A stretch of 64,000 bases of DNA, from positions 8,625 through 72,624 of IMG/VR virus record IMGVR_UViG_3300047373_000579. One strand, given 5' to 3'. Position 1 is the first letter of the stretch. Every line of letters begins with the position of its first letter. The position numbers were made by a program, and so were the translations under genes. Below the pieces are notes generated by a model. That model made no database searches. It saw only the letters and a program-made list of their open reading frames with translations, and was not told the origin of the DNA. The DNA comes from a virus. Positions 48,586 through 58,383 of the stretch are shown piece by piece.

Positions 48586-50113
48586 AACACCAATCTTTTT
48601 CAGAGACTATTTCAAATTGTATAATATCGTGGTAAGTTCTAACTTCGTTACCTGATTCTATTTTAAATTCCATATAATAATCATTAGGAATAAACCAAGA
48701 AGTATCAACTAAGAAATAATTACTGTCATCAGTCCTATTAACTTCTTTCCAAGGAACGTATTCTATTTGTGTCTCCCCCTCTTTAATGTATATTCTATAG
48801 GATATCTTATCCAATGGTTTGTAACTGTTTGTGTAAGGTAACATAGCTTCAATATCTACTCTTCTAGTGTCACCACGTTTAATTTTTTCTTTACGTTTAA
48901 TCCCACTAAAAGAAAAATGGTAATCATAAATAGAAATGTTACGGGAGTTACCAACACCTCTACCACTCTTATCACCTGAACCAATATTATAGTAAGATTC
49001 ATCATCTTTTATCACAAAGTCTAATTCTACATTACCTAAATCTCTACCGTTGACAACCACACCTTGCCAAACATCCCTAAATTGAATGTTACCACAATAA
49101 CCACTAGTAGGGTTACTACTAACAGACACATCAACATAATAAACACCTGTTGTTGTTTGTTTTATATCACCACTTGTTAAATTTTGGTATACATTATCAT
49201 TTTGGTCGTATATTGTAACACCTGAAATGGTAGCATTAACACGTTCTCCTCCCGCATTAACGTACAAGTATAGTCTATTACTCTTATCTAAATGAAACTC
49301 ACACCTATCGTCTTGTATTAGGTCATCATAAGTTGTTTCCATAAAGGGTTCATATACCGTTTGAGTATCTCTAGTAAAAAAACCTGTGTAACAAAGTGAC
49401 TCTTGTGGTGCGGACTCTAATCCAGGTGAATAAGCTAACCCTAAATTTGCTTCAGTAATACCACTACTAATTAATCCATTAATATAATCAGTTATATCTA
49501 TACAAACGTTTTCACTACCCTTTTCAAAGTATTGTTCACTTTTAACTAAATCTATTGTTGTCCCTGTATAACCTGAAGTATTCCCTGAATACCACATTGT
49601 TGGGTCATTGTAGACCCCAGGTTGTGACCACACTGTAGATGATAGTCTATCTTCCCAGTTTGAGGGTCCTTCACAATAAGCTTGGTCTCTTATATCAGCG
49701 AAAACTCTATTTTGCTTATTAGGTTGGATTATTAAATTACTTTCAACATAATCATACCCATTCCCTTCAGCCCATTTTTCAGGTACTTCAAAAAGTATTA
49801 AATCAAAAGCCGTTGCTCTTGTTGATTCTCCATAAGAAGAACAAAATGTTTTACAAAATAATTCTGAATCAAAACAAGAAGTGTTTGTGATGTTAATTTT
49901 GTGTGTCATTCCCGACAAAGAATATTCTTTACTATTAACCCTATTTATTAATTCAGTTAAGTCAAAACCAAACAAATATCTTGAATAAGTTATATTATCA
50001 GAATCTAAAGAACCACCGTGAAATAATTCAGCTATTGGGTTTCTACCTGTGTTAGCGCATGAATTTTTAACAATCACAGTATCCCTATCGAAATAAGTTC
50101 TATATATACTCAT
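48584..50113 (-). CDS. Virion structural protein (beta-rich)
   Basis: 509 aa with WAEGNGYDY..W..PG..FFTRDTQTVYEP; late motif at 50129-50136. Confidence 0.7.
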   Translation of the reverse strand: MSIYRTYFDRDTVIVKNSCANTGRNPIAELFHGGSLDSDNITYSRYLFGFDLTELINRVNSKEYSLSGMTHKINITNTSCFDSELFCKTFCSSYGESTRATAFDLILFEVPEKWAEGNGYDYVESNLIIQPNKQNRVFADIRDQAYCEGPSNWEDRLSSTVWSQPGVYNDPTMWYSGNTSGYTGTTIDLVKSEQYFEKGSENVCIDITDYINGLISSGITEANLGLAYSPGLESAPQESLCYTGFFTRDTQTVYEPFMETTYDDLIQDDRCEFHLDKSNRLYLYVNAGGERVNATISGVTIYDQNDNVYQNLTSGDIKQTTTGVYYVDVSVSSNPTSGYCGNIQFRDVWQGVVVNGRDLGNVELDFVIKDDESYYNIGSGDKSGRGVGNSRNISIYDYHFSFSGIKRKEKIKRGDTRRVDIEAMLPYTNSYKPLDKISYRIYIKEGETQIEYVPWKEVNRTDDSNYFLVDTSWFIPNDYYMEFKIESGNEVRTYHDIIQFEIVSEKDWC

Positions 50114-50145
50114 TAGTTTCTTTTACTAATAAATATCTAAAAAAA

Positions 50146-51285
50146 TTAATTAATCTTAATGTTGTTAGATATTAAGTCCCCTTGGTATTCATAATATGTC
50201 TTACCATTGGGGCTAATCTTTTCTTTGGGGTTTCCACCTAAGGCTTTATCTATCATACTTAGTAGTTCCGTAGTTTCAATATCTCTAGATGGTGTTGTGT
50301 AAGCTACACCACCACCAGAGTGTTTATGTTCACTAACCCATGTTCTTAACTTTTTTAAAACTTCCCATAACACATCACCATAAACGGTAGGTCTTAATTG
50401 TAAATTTTCTAAATCAATTTGTTTATTTGGTTCACTAGAATTTAATATAAGACCATCACTTTTTGCTGGTAACCCACCTAAAGAATTTATTGGGTTTAGT
50501 GGTGAACCTTTGTAAGAAATTAAGTTTATTTGGTCTGCAACAATATTAACAGATGATTTATCTTCATTTAATTCAGGTATTTTACTAGAATCATAAGAAA
50601 CTATGGATATATAACCAGGGTTTTTAAGATTTAACTCTAAATTATTATCTTTTTTGTACTTTGCTGTTCTAAGTAGAATTTCGTCATAAAAATCACCACT
50701 TCTTAATATAATATCTTCATTACCCCTACCGTTGATAGCTACATCTGTAGGGTCTTTTGGGTGACTGGGGTAAATAGACCAATTAGAATCACTGGATTTA
50801 CCATTTAACCTAGAACCTTCATTATCGAACCAAGCTGTTTCATAATCAAATAATCCACTACTTGTACCAAACATACCGTCAAGAATACCTAATATTTTAC
50901 TAACTCCACTTAGTTTTTGTGGTTGTGAAACTATAGGCCCAATATAATATCTATTAAATCTCTTGTTTTGTTTTTCATTTAAAAAAACTATAACTGTTTC
51001 ACCTAACTTGGGTAATGAGAAAAAAAACTTAGTTTCTATTGCGTATGAGTCAGGCAATCTATCAATTAAATTAGAATAGTTTTCTGGGTTTTCTTCTAAA
51101 TCTTTAGTTTTAATCCCTTTGTTTCTTAAATCCCTATCCAATGTTCTAATAAAAACTTTACATCTACCTGCACCAGAAGGGTCTTTTAATGGGTCTGTAA
51201 TTACTTGACCAAAATAAAAATTAAAATTTTGATACTCTTCATTATTAATATCACCCCAATCGTTATCGTATCCTTTAATTGCCAT
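50146..51285 (-). CDS. Baseplate hub/spike protein (gp5/VgrG OB-fold-like)
   Basis: GQV..DPSGAGRCKV..LPKLGETVIV..RYYIGP and a C-terminal HKH spike motif. Confidence 0.75.
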   Translation of the reverse strand: MAIKGYDNDWGDINNEEYQNFNFYFGQVITDPLKDPSGAGRCKVFIRTLDRDLRNKGIKTKDLEENPENYSNLIDRLPDSYAIETKFFFSLPKLGETVIVFLNEKQNKRFNRYYIGPIVSQPQKLSGVSKILGILDGMFGTSSGLFDYETAWFDNEGSRLNGKSSDSNWSIYPSHPKDPTDVAINGRGNEDIILRSGDFYDEILLRTAKYKKDNNLELNLKNPGYISIVSYDSSKIPELNEDKSSVNIVADQINLISYKGSPLNPINSLGGLPAKSDGLILNSSEPNKQIDLENLQLRPTVYGDVLWEVLKKLRTWVSEHKHSGGGVAYTTPSRDIETTELLSMIDKALGGNPKEKISPNGKTYYEYQGDLISNNIKIN

Positions 51286-51287
51286 AT

Positions 51288-51464
51288 CTATCTAATCCCA
51301 TACCTTATTTTTAACTCTTCTAAAACTCTAAGGTATTCTTTTTTTATTTTTTCTAAATGTTTAGTTTTTAAGTATAATTCTTTTTTAACAAATTCAAAAT
51401 CACTCTTTAAACCTTGTTGATAGCTTTGTAGTTCGTTGTTTGTTTTTTTACTTAAATCTTCCAT
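51288..51464 (-). CDS. 58-aa coiled-coil protein (below the track cutoff)
   Basis: MEDLSKKTNNELQSYQQGLKSDFEFVKKEL..EELKIRYGIR*, exactly filling the gap in the operon. Confidence 0.7.
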   Translation of the reverse strand: MEDLSKKTNNELQSYQQGLKSDFEFVKKELYLKTKHLEKIKKEYLRVLEELKIRYGIR

Positions 51465-51468
51465 ATCT

Positions 51469-51903
51469 TTAACTAGCTACCGCATTCCCACCAAGGATAG
51501 TTGTTATCACAGAATTCCCTACAACAGGTAAAGGACCTGCGGTACCAGTAACTGCACCAACACCACCAGGTGTTACAGCTAAATCAATCTTCATTTCGGT
51601 TGTTATAGCGTCTACAATTTCTTCCATTCTAATTTTTTCCATTATTTCAGCCGGTGATATTTCTCCAGTACCTAAAGGACCAACATTTAATCCAGCTTCA
51701 GATTGTCTTTGTATAACTCTAGCTGCCATTTTTTTAGCGCTTAAACCTGGTCTACTTTTTGAGGCTAAAATTAATTGTTTAGGAATACTACTATTATTTG
51801 TTGTAGGTATTTTAAATAAACTTAATAATCCATTTAAGATTGATTTTGGTTGTTTAAAATTTATTTCGCTTGAACTTACTTTTTCACACCCTAATTTTGC
51901 CAT
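51469..51903 (-). CDS. Hypothetical (baseplate-region) protein
   Basis: 144 aa with RPGLSA..GLNVGPL and a G/T/V-rich C-terminus. Confidence 0.7.
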   Translation of the reverse strand: MAKLGCEKVSSSEINFKQPKSILNGLLSLFKIPTTNNSSIPKQLILASKSRPGLSAKKMAARVIQRQSEAGLNVGPLGTGEISPAEIMEKIRMEEIVDAITTEMKIDLAVTPGGVGAVTGTAGPLPVVGNSVITTILGGNAVAS

Positions 51904-51925
51904 TTTTATTTTTTTTTATTAATTG

Positions 51926-53443
51926 TTATGAGCCTATTGATTTTAATGCGGAAATACCAGAACTAACATCAAACCCACCCGTTAGACTTTTTAATTGTTT
52001 TAATTTTTTATCTATACCTTCTTTAATTAATGTTACTGTTATACAAGCAACAATTTTTAATATTTCTTCTTTTAGTTGATTGTATAATATTTCTAAAAGA
52101 GCTGCTCCAGATTCTCTAACTACAAACTCAAAAAAAACTCTATTAGCAATCGCAAAATCAAAATTATCTTTAAAATCATCAATAGTATTAGTTACTAGTT
52201 TTTTTGAGACTTGAAATAGAACCATTATTTTAGGTGTAAATATTATATTTGTACTTAGTTTAGGTAAAGCCAAAGCTAAATCAAAACTAAGTGAACGTTT
52301 AACATCTTCATTAGTATCACCTTGTGGACCAACCGCTCCATCCACTTCACCACTTAGGTCAAATAATAGTTTTTCTGTTGCTTTTTTAGTTATTAATTTG
52401 GCCTGTGAAGGCTCATTTTTAATTAACTCACCCACATCCCTAAAAGATTCTAAGGAATCGGAACCGACCATGGTTGGGGTACAACTATAATTTATTAATT
52501 TTTTACCTAAAACTCTGTTTTCTGCTCTTTTTTCTATATCCAATAAAGTATCAGAATCAAAAGTAAAAAAACTATCATCTAAATTAAAAGTTTCTTCACA
52601 AGGGTCTGTGTCAAGAATTTTTTCAATCATACTATTAACCTTTTCTTTTTCAATTGACTTCTCAATATTAAGACTTAAAGAACCTTCTGTTTCGGCTAAT
52701 AATGCTGTTATTGAACCATTTAATTCTTCCATTAGGTTGGGTACGAAGTTTTTAAAATTAAATAATTCAATACTATTAATATAATCTTTAAGAAAAACAT
52801 CGTATTCTTTACCTATATAAGAGCTATTAATAGTTACTTTTAACCCATTTGTGTTAGAACTTGTTGACAAAGGGTAACTAATTACTTCAAAATCTAAAAT
52901 ATTTTTCCAAACCCCAGTTGAACCAACCCCACTTTGCATTAAATCGGCTAAGAAAATATTTAAATCATTTTCAGGTTCACCAAAAAAAAGACTTGCGGGA
53001 AATTGTGTTGGGTCTAGTGTTGTTAACTTATTTGAGTCGAACTCATTAGGTTTTAAACTAACCGTTGGTGCTGGTGTAGGTATTTTAAAACTTGCTGGAC
53101 AAAGTAGACCGGCTTTTATACCTTTAATAATGCCTTCTTTTATTATCCTTATGAATATTGGAAAAAATTCTACTAATATTTCAATTAGTATTCTAATTAA
53201 TTCACATTTAAGTCTAGATTTATTTATACTATTACCCTTTTTAACACTAGGTAAACACCCATTACCACTACCCCCATCTCTACAAGCTATAGATAATAAG
53301 TCTAATAAATAAGGTATTAAATTTTTTGATGTTGACTTTACTGATGCTATATTAGATATAAGTTTATTGCCAGGTAAATCACCTAAAACTTCTGAAAGAT
53401 TTATTTGTTGTACAATATTATTTTTATCATCAATAAAACCCAT
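51926..53443 (-). CDS. Hypothetical structural protein
   Basis: 505 aa in the late minus-strand operon. Confidence 0.7.
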   Translation of the reverse strand: MGFIDDKNNIVQQINLSEVLGDLPGNKLISNIASVKSTSKNLIPYLLDLLSIACRDGGSGNGCLPSVKKGNSINKSRLKCELIRILIEILVEFFPIFIRIIKEGIIKGIKAGLLCPASFKIPTPAPTVSLKPNEFDSNKLTTLDPTQFPASLFFGEPENDLNIFLADLMQSGVGSTGVWKNILDFEVISYPLSTSSNTNGLKVTINSSYIGKEYDVFLKDYINSIELFNFKNFVPNLMEELNGSITALLAETEGSLSLNIEKSIEKEKVNSMIEKILDTDPCEETFNLDDSFFTFDSDTLLDIEKRAENRVLGKKLINYSCTPTMVGSDSLESFRDVGELIKNEPSQAKLITKKATEKLLFDLSGEVDGAVGPQGDTNEDVKRSLSFDLALALPKLSTNIIFTPKIMVLFQVSKKLVTNTIDDFKDNFDFAIANRVFFEFVVRESGAALLEILYNQLKEEILKIVACITVTLIKEGIDKKLKQLKSLTGGFDVSSGISALKSIGS

Positions 53444-53445
53444 TA

Positions 53446-53796
53446 CTATTCTTCTTTTTTATCGAACATGTCCCTTAAAAGTTCCATATCTTCAGGTGTT
53501 AGTGAACCATCAACCTTTTCACCCACATTATCACCTTTAAAAACTAAAGTACTCATTAATTTTACTAAAGATAATTTTTTATCTATTGTATTATCAATAA
53601 GTTTAAGTAAATCGGTGTTAGCCTTATTTAGATTAACTAAATCGTGCATATCATCTACCTCAACCTTCTTTTTATTTTCATTGATTTGTCTAATAGCGGT
53701 TGTACGTTGTTCAACAAGTTCATTATAAGCTTCTTGGGCCATACCCAAAAAACTATCCGTAGATATTTTAACTTCTTTTTTCTTTGGTCTACCCAT
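53446..53796 (-). CDS. Helical hypothetical protein (small-terminase-like architecture possible)
   Basis: 116 aa coiled coil after the late motif at 53810-53817; the function is speculative. Confidence 0.55.
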   Translation of the reverse strand: MGRPKKKEVKISTDSFLGMAQEAYNELVEQRTTAIRQINENKKKVEVDDMHDLVNLNKANTDLLKLIDNTIDKKLSLVKLMSTLVFKGDNVGEKVDGSLTPEDMELLRDMFDKKEE

Positions 53797-53831
53797 AATC
53801 TTTTTTATTATAAATATCTTTTTATTTAATT

Positions 53832-54614
53832 TTAAATTGACTCTTCTTTTAATACATTGTAGATAATTTTATACCTTTTCATTGCATTCCTAATGTCTTT
53901 AGTATTTAAAGCAGTCATTTCTCTCATATAATAAAGAATTAAATTTTTATTAAATTTATTTTTTCCGGGAACGTTATCATCATCAAATAAAGTTTCCCAG
54001 TCATCTAAAATAGAAGTTAAAGCATTACCAACCTTCATTTCATTTTCGTTTAAAACTCTTTCTTCCATTTCTTTTTTAATAGATTTAGAGATTCCTTCTA
54101 TTAATTTTGTTAAATCAAGACCATCATTATCTATGGTATAAATTAACTCATCTTTTTCTTCAACAGCAGGAGCAACTTCATCAAAACTTAGGTTTTGTTT
54201 CATTTTTTTATCTTCTTTAATTAACTTACCTAATAGGTAATGTTTAACTACTGTTCCGTAATATGAATATGATTTTTTGTTTTTAGCTGGTTTAAATTTA
54301 TGAAATTTAACATGTAAAAAGCCTAAAGTATCGGCGTGAAGGTCTTCAAACTCCATTGTTTTAGAATAGAGTTTGTACCTTCTAATAATACTTTCCACCA
54401 TTTTATCTAGTGGGGCTTTTAATTGTTTGAGGTATATTCTATTTCTTTGTATATCCTCATGTGTCGTACCCGTCCATCTGTACCCATCTTGTGTATTAGG
54501 GTCTTTTATAATTGTTCCAAGTTCAAGATATTTCTTTACTGCTTCTTCCTCTTCTGGACCAAAGTAAGGCTTCTTTTTTGGTTTTCTACCCCTTTTCTTT
54601 GGTTCTACTGACAT
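53832..54614 (-). CDS. Phage late-transcription sigma factor (gp55-like)
   Basis: YF..EEEAVKKY..LDKMVESIIRRY..EDLH..KFHKFKPAKNKKSYSYYGTV, similar to sigma region 2 (KFDPEK..FAYFT). Confidence 0.75.
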   Translation of the reverse strand: MSVEPKKRGRKPKKKPYFGPEEEEAVKKYLELGTIIKDPNTQDGYRWTGTTHEDIQRNRIYLKQLKAPLDKMVESIIRRYKLYSKTMEFEDLHADTLGFLHVKFHKFKPAKNKKSYSYYGTVVKHYLLGKLIKEDKKMKQNLSFDEVAPAVEEKDELIYTIDNDGLDLTKLIEGISKSIKKEMEERVLNENEMKVGNALTSILDDWETLFDDDNVPGKNKFNKNLILYYMREMTALNTKDIRNAMKRYKIIYNVLKEESI

Positions 54615-54615
54615 G

Positions 54616-55425
54616 TTACTGGGTCATTTCTTCTTCGTATGTTATGCCTCTGTCTTGTTTAAAATAACATTCTTTTTTTGCTTGGCTAAACCACCATTTA
54701 GCTTCATCAGGCCTCATTTTTTCATCCCCATCAACGTAATATCGATGGAAAAGAGAATCTTTTCTCATATTTATTTTTTTATAACCTAATCTAGGAATTG
54801 TCATTATTGTTTTATCGTAGTAAGTCATTCTTAGTAAAAATTCATAAACAAAATGTAGTTTAATTCCAGGTTTAAAACCTCCAATAGAAAGGAAAGTTTC
54901 TGTTTTATAAACACCACCTGAAGTTTGAAAATTTGGGTAATTTAAAAGTGAATCGTTATCTAAAAAACCCATTTTATCACTAAATTCAGGGGCCCATACT
55001 GGTTCATTTGTAAATTGTAAAAATTTACCTTCAGAGTTTACATCTAAAACTAATGGTAAAAACACTTCAACATCATTATAGTGTCCTACATATTCCTTAA
55101 CATTTGAAAACCATATTTTAGAGTATTCATCATCAATTTCTAAGATAGAAAACCATTCAGTTGTTATATTTTTAACACCAAAATTTACTTGTGAACAAAA
55201 ATCAGACTCACCATCATTTATTAAAACTTTTACATTTTCTTTAAATTCTTCATCGTAATCAAAAGACTCAACCTCTTTTTTTAGTTCTTCATTCGTTACG
55301 ACAATCAATAGTTGTGGTTTATTTTCTATTTTTTGTGTGACAACACTTTTAACAGCGTTAGCAAAATAATCTTTTTCTTTTTCATTTAACCTATATATAG
55401 GTAAAATTACTGTTACATTATCCAT
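54616..55425 (-). CDS. Glycosyltransferase family 2-like
   Basis: VTVILPIY..AVKSV..VNFGV..EWFSILEIDD..IGGF..YEFLLR. Confidence 0.8.
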   Translation of the reverse strand: MDNVTVILPIYRLNEKEKDYFANAVKSVVTQKIENKPQLLIVVTNEELKKEVESFDYDEEFKENVKVLINDGESDFCSQVNFGVKNITTEWFSILEIDDEYSKIWFSNVKEYVGHYNDVEVFLPLVLDVNSEGKFLQFTNEPVWAPEFSDKMGFLDNDSLLNYPNFQTSGGVYKTETFLSIGGFKPGIKLHFVYEFLLRMTYYDKTIMTIPRLGYKKINMRKDSLFHRYYVDGDEKMRPDEAKWWFSQAKKECYFKQDRGITYEEEMTQ

Positions 55426-55442
55426 TTTTTTTTATTTTATTT

Positions 55443-56531
55443 TTAGTTATTTATTGGTTGTAATGTCTCTAAATTAGTTTTAAATTCATTTATCCTATTC
55501 TCTACCAATTGTTGGTAAACTTCCAATACTTTTTCTTTTTGTTGTTCGTCATTATATTTTTTAGAAGTTTCACCCATTTTTTCGTATAACTCATCAGGTG
55601 ATGCATCTTCTAACCAAGCTTGTATGTAATTAGCTAAAATATCGGGTATTGTGTTAAAATCGTGTACCCACAAACCATTCTTATCTTCCATCCATTCTGG
55701 GACTACGTTAGGTACTTTACCTAAAACAGGTACGTTACATTTCATAGACTCTATTGGGAAAGTACCGAAACCAGAAATTTCATCAACCCATACCGAAATA
55801 CAACATTCTGATAAATTTTTTGCGAAATTATCTGTTGACATACCTCTCATATCCCTAAAGGTAAACCATTTTAGGTGTGGGTATTTTAAATAAAAAGTTT
55901 TAAATATTTTAACAGTGTCTCTTTGGTCTCTAGTATGTATAGCTATAATAGGTTTTTTAGGTTTTTCTGATGGTTTAAAGTTTTTTGGTATCGACACTGG
56001 TATTGTATAAGTTTTTAAACCCCCTGACATTAAACTTTTTACAAATTCAGCTTGTTTTTCTGTTGTTGTAATACATTCATTAATACCATAATCTGCCCAT
56101 CTTTTCCCTGGCATCATCATTTCTAAAATATAGTCGTAAGCTTGGGATATAACCACCCTCTTACAAGGTAGGTTTGCTGTTTGTTCCATTACATTAGCAA
56201 AAATTTCTGGAATAAAAACAAAATCATCAGCCTTAACTTTTAACTGTTGTTCCTCAATAGATACGTGAGGTAATTCCGAATACTCTTTACCTAACCAAGA
56301 CTCAACACTAGTATATTCTGTTTTTTCGTGTAATATTTTAGCTTCATAACCCAACTCACGTAATGTTTTAACGTGTTTATATATGTTAGCCATTCCAGCT
56401 GTAGCGTTACCTTTTGTGTCCATCACAAAAAAATACATAGAAGATTTTTTCTCCTCTAGACGCTTAATTTGTTCTGTTAGAACATCTTTTAAATCAGGTT
56501 TTTCACCACTTGTTTCTTCAACATTTTCCAT
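55443..56531 (-). CDS. GT-B (family 4-like) glycosyltransferase
   Basis: AGMANIYKHVKTLRELG..FIPEIF..SGFGTFPIESMKCNVPV. Confidence 0.75.
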   Translation of the reverse strand: MENVEETSGEKPDLKDVLTEQIKRLEEKKSSMYFFVMDTKGNATAGMANIYKHVKTLRELGYEAKILHEKTEYTSVESWLGKEYSELPHVSIEEQQLKVKADDFVFIPEIFANVMEQTANLPCKRVVISQAYDYILEMMMPGKRWADYGINECITTTEKQAEFVKSLMSGGLKTYTIPVSIPKNFKPSEKPKKPIIAIHTRDQRDTVKIFKTFYLKYPHLKWFTFRDMRGMSTDNFAKNLSECCISVWVDEISGFGTFPIESMKCNVPVLGKVPNVVPEWMEDKNGLWVHDFNTIPDILANYIQAWLEDASPDELYEKMGETSKKYNDEQQKEKVLEVYQQLVENRINEFKTNLETLQPINN

Positions 56532-56534
56532 TGT

Positions 56535-56867
56535 TTAATTTTTTTTTATTAATTTTTGTTTTATTAGTGTATTAAACGATAAACGACATGGTATTGAAAG
56601 TTGTTTTCCTAACATTGTATGACCCATACCTTCATCTACGATACCATTTTCAGTTAATATAGTCTCTACCATAGCTTTTACCAAGTCCCACCTAGTCATA
56701 TCAATTAGTGGTCCTTGTAGCTCAATATTTTCTTTATTTTCTTTATTTTCTGAGGTTTCTAACAAATCCTCTAAACCTTTTGGTTCTTTTCCATCAATTC
56801 TAACAAAATTAGCTATTTCGTCTAAGTCAAAATAAAATTCATTACCAGCTATATCAAATAATTCCAT
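56535..56867 (-). CDS. Hypothetical phage protein
   Basis: 110 aa ending LSIPCRLSFNTLIK. Confidence 0.7.
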   Translation of the reverse strand: MELFDIAGNEFYFDLDEIANFVRIDGKEPKGLEDLLETSENKENKENIELQGPLIDMTRWDLVKAMVETILTENGIVDEGMGHTMLGKQLSIPCRLSFNTLIKQKLIKKN

Positions 56868-56905
56868 GATTAATTATTAATTATAATTTATTATTTGTAA
56901 ACACT

Positions 56906-57586
56906 TTAATCATCATTTAAAATAGACGCTATCTTACTTAAGGTATTAGAGTCAATCTCTTTAATGGTTTTAAACCTCATTTTATTTTGGTTAAAGTCTT
57001 TATTATAGTCTTTGTCAATTATAATACTTACTTTACCATTAGGTTTTTTATCTATTATTTTTGGGTGGTCTGTCACCATAACATCAACATAATCCCAAAC
57101 CTTACCATACTCAGTAACAAACTTTATATTAGGACAAGTAGATTTTGTTTTTGCTAAGAAGAATAGGGTAGAAGGTATTGCCATGCCACCCTCTCTACTC
57201 ATTAAAATAAATTCGTGTTGTGGGTTGTCTAATATTAATTGGTTTAGGGTTTCTACAGCCGAACTAATAGATTCTTCAGCATAACCAAAAATCTCTACCG
57301 TACACCTTTCATATAAAAATTCATCTAAAGTAACTTTATCTTTTACTTCAGTCAATTCAGTTTCTTCTTTAGATTCTAAAAAAGATTCTTCATCAAAATC
57401 AGGGTTAAACTCCATCTCACCTTGTTTAACTTCTTCTTCAGGAAAAGTTACCCATTTATCTAGTTCATAATCAGAGACCTCAATCTCCTCCTCACCTTCT
57501 ATGGTTGGGAAGTATTTTAAATGAGTTTCTTTTACTTGTCCTAAGAAATCTCTTAAAACACCATCTATTGATATACCTATCTTCAT
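56906..57586 (-). CDS. HAD-fold 5'(3')-deoxyribonucleotidase-like protein
   Basis: MKIGISIDGVLRDF..ILMSRE..VDVMVTDHP..DYN. Confidence 0.7.
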   Translation of the reverse strand: MKIGISIDGVLRDFLGQVKETHLKYFPTIEGEEEIEVSDYELDKWVTFPEEEVKQGEMEFNPDFDEESFLESKEETELTEVKDKVTLDEFLYERCTVEIFGYAEESISSAVETLNQLILDNPQHEFILMSREGGMAIPSTLFFLAKTKSTCPNIKFVTEYGKVWDYVDVMVTDHPKIIDKKPNGKVSIIIDKDYNKDFNQNKMRFKTIKEIDSNTLSKIASILNDD

Positions 57587-58371
57587 CCTTTTAATAGAAC
57601 TTTATTTTTATTAGTAGATTCATCCATTTCATCAAAAGTCTCCTCTATAATTTTTATTATTGGGTTTCTTACCACATCATTAGGGTCTCTTAATTCAACA
57701 CAACCAAAATCAGTAACATTATTAAATTTATCTATAATAACCTCCAACGAACTATCTTTTTTATTTCTAATATCTTTTTGTTTAACATCACCTAAAATAA
57801 TCATCTTAGAATTATCACCGATTCTAGTCATAAGTGTTCTCATGTTATCTATTGATATATTTTGAGCTTCATCAACAATAATAATTGTGTTATCAATACT
57901 TCTACCTCTAACAAAAGCTAATGGCTGTATATTAATTAAACCTAATTCTCTAAGTTTACGAGTTAGAGACTCACCAATAATTTTTTCAAAGTTATCTACG
58001 AAAGAACCCATATAAGGGTCAAATTTTTCATTTAAATCACCGGGTAGATGACCTAACTCTTCACCTTTTAATTGAACTACTGACTTAACTAATAGTATTT
58101 TTTTATATTTAGGTTTGGATTTTATCATCTTAAGTGCTTCAGCACAAGCGATATATGTCTTACCTGTACCAGGTAAACCTGAAACAATAGTTATTTCCTT
58201 GTTTCTAATTGATTCCCTTAATTTTCCTTGGTTTTCAGTTCTACATTTGTAGTTAACTGACATTGATTTTAAAAACTTATCTTCTTCTATGTTTTTACTA
58301 TATACAAACTCCTCAATCTCTTTTAATTCATCTTCCGATAGTCTTTTACTTCTTCTTCTTTTTTGACTCAT
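57583..58371 (-). CDS. phoH: PhoH family ATPase
   Basis: GLPGTGKT, LGHLPG, PLAFVRGRS, IVDEAQN, TRIG, GDVKQKD, DVVRNP. Confidence 0.95.
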   Translation of the reverse strand: MSQKRRRSKRLSEDELKEIEEFVYSKNIEEDKFLKSMSVNYKCRTENQGKLRESIRNKEITIVSGLPGTGKTYIACAEALKMIKSKPKYKKILLVKSVVQLKGEELGHLPGDLNEKFDPYMGSFVDNFEKIIGESLTRKLRELGLINIQPLAFVRGRSIDNTIIIVDEAQNISIDNMRTLMTRIGDNSKMIILGDVKQKDIRNKKDSSLEVIIDKFNNVTDFGCVELRDPNDVVRNPIIKIIEETFDEMDESTNKNKVLLKG

Positions 58372-58383
58372 AAATAAAATATA

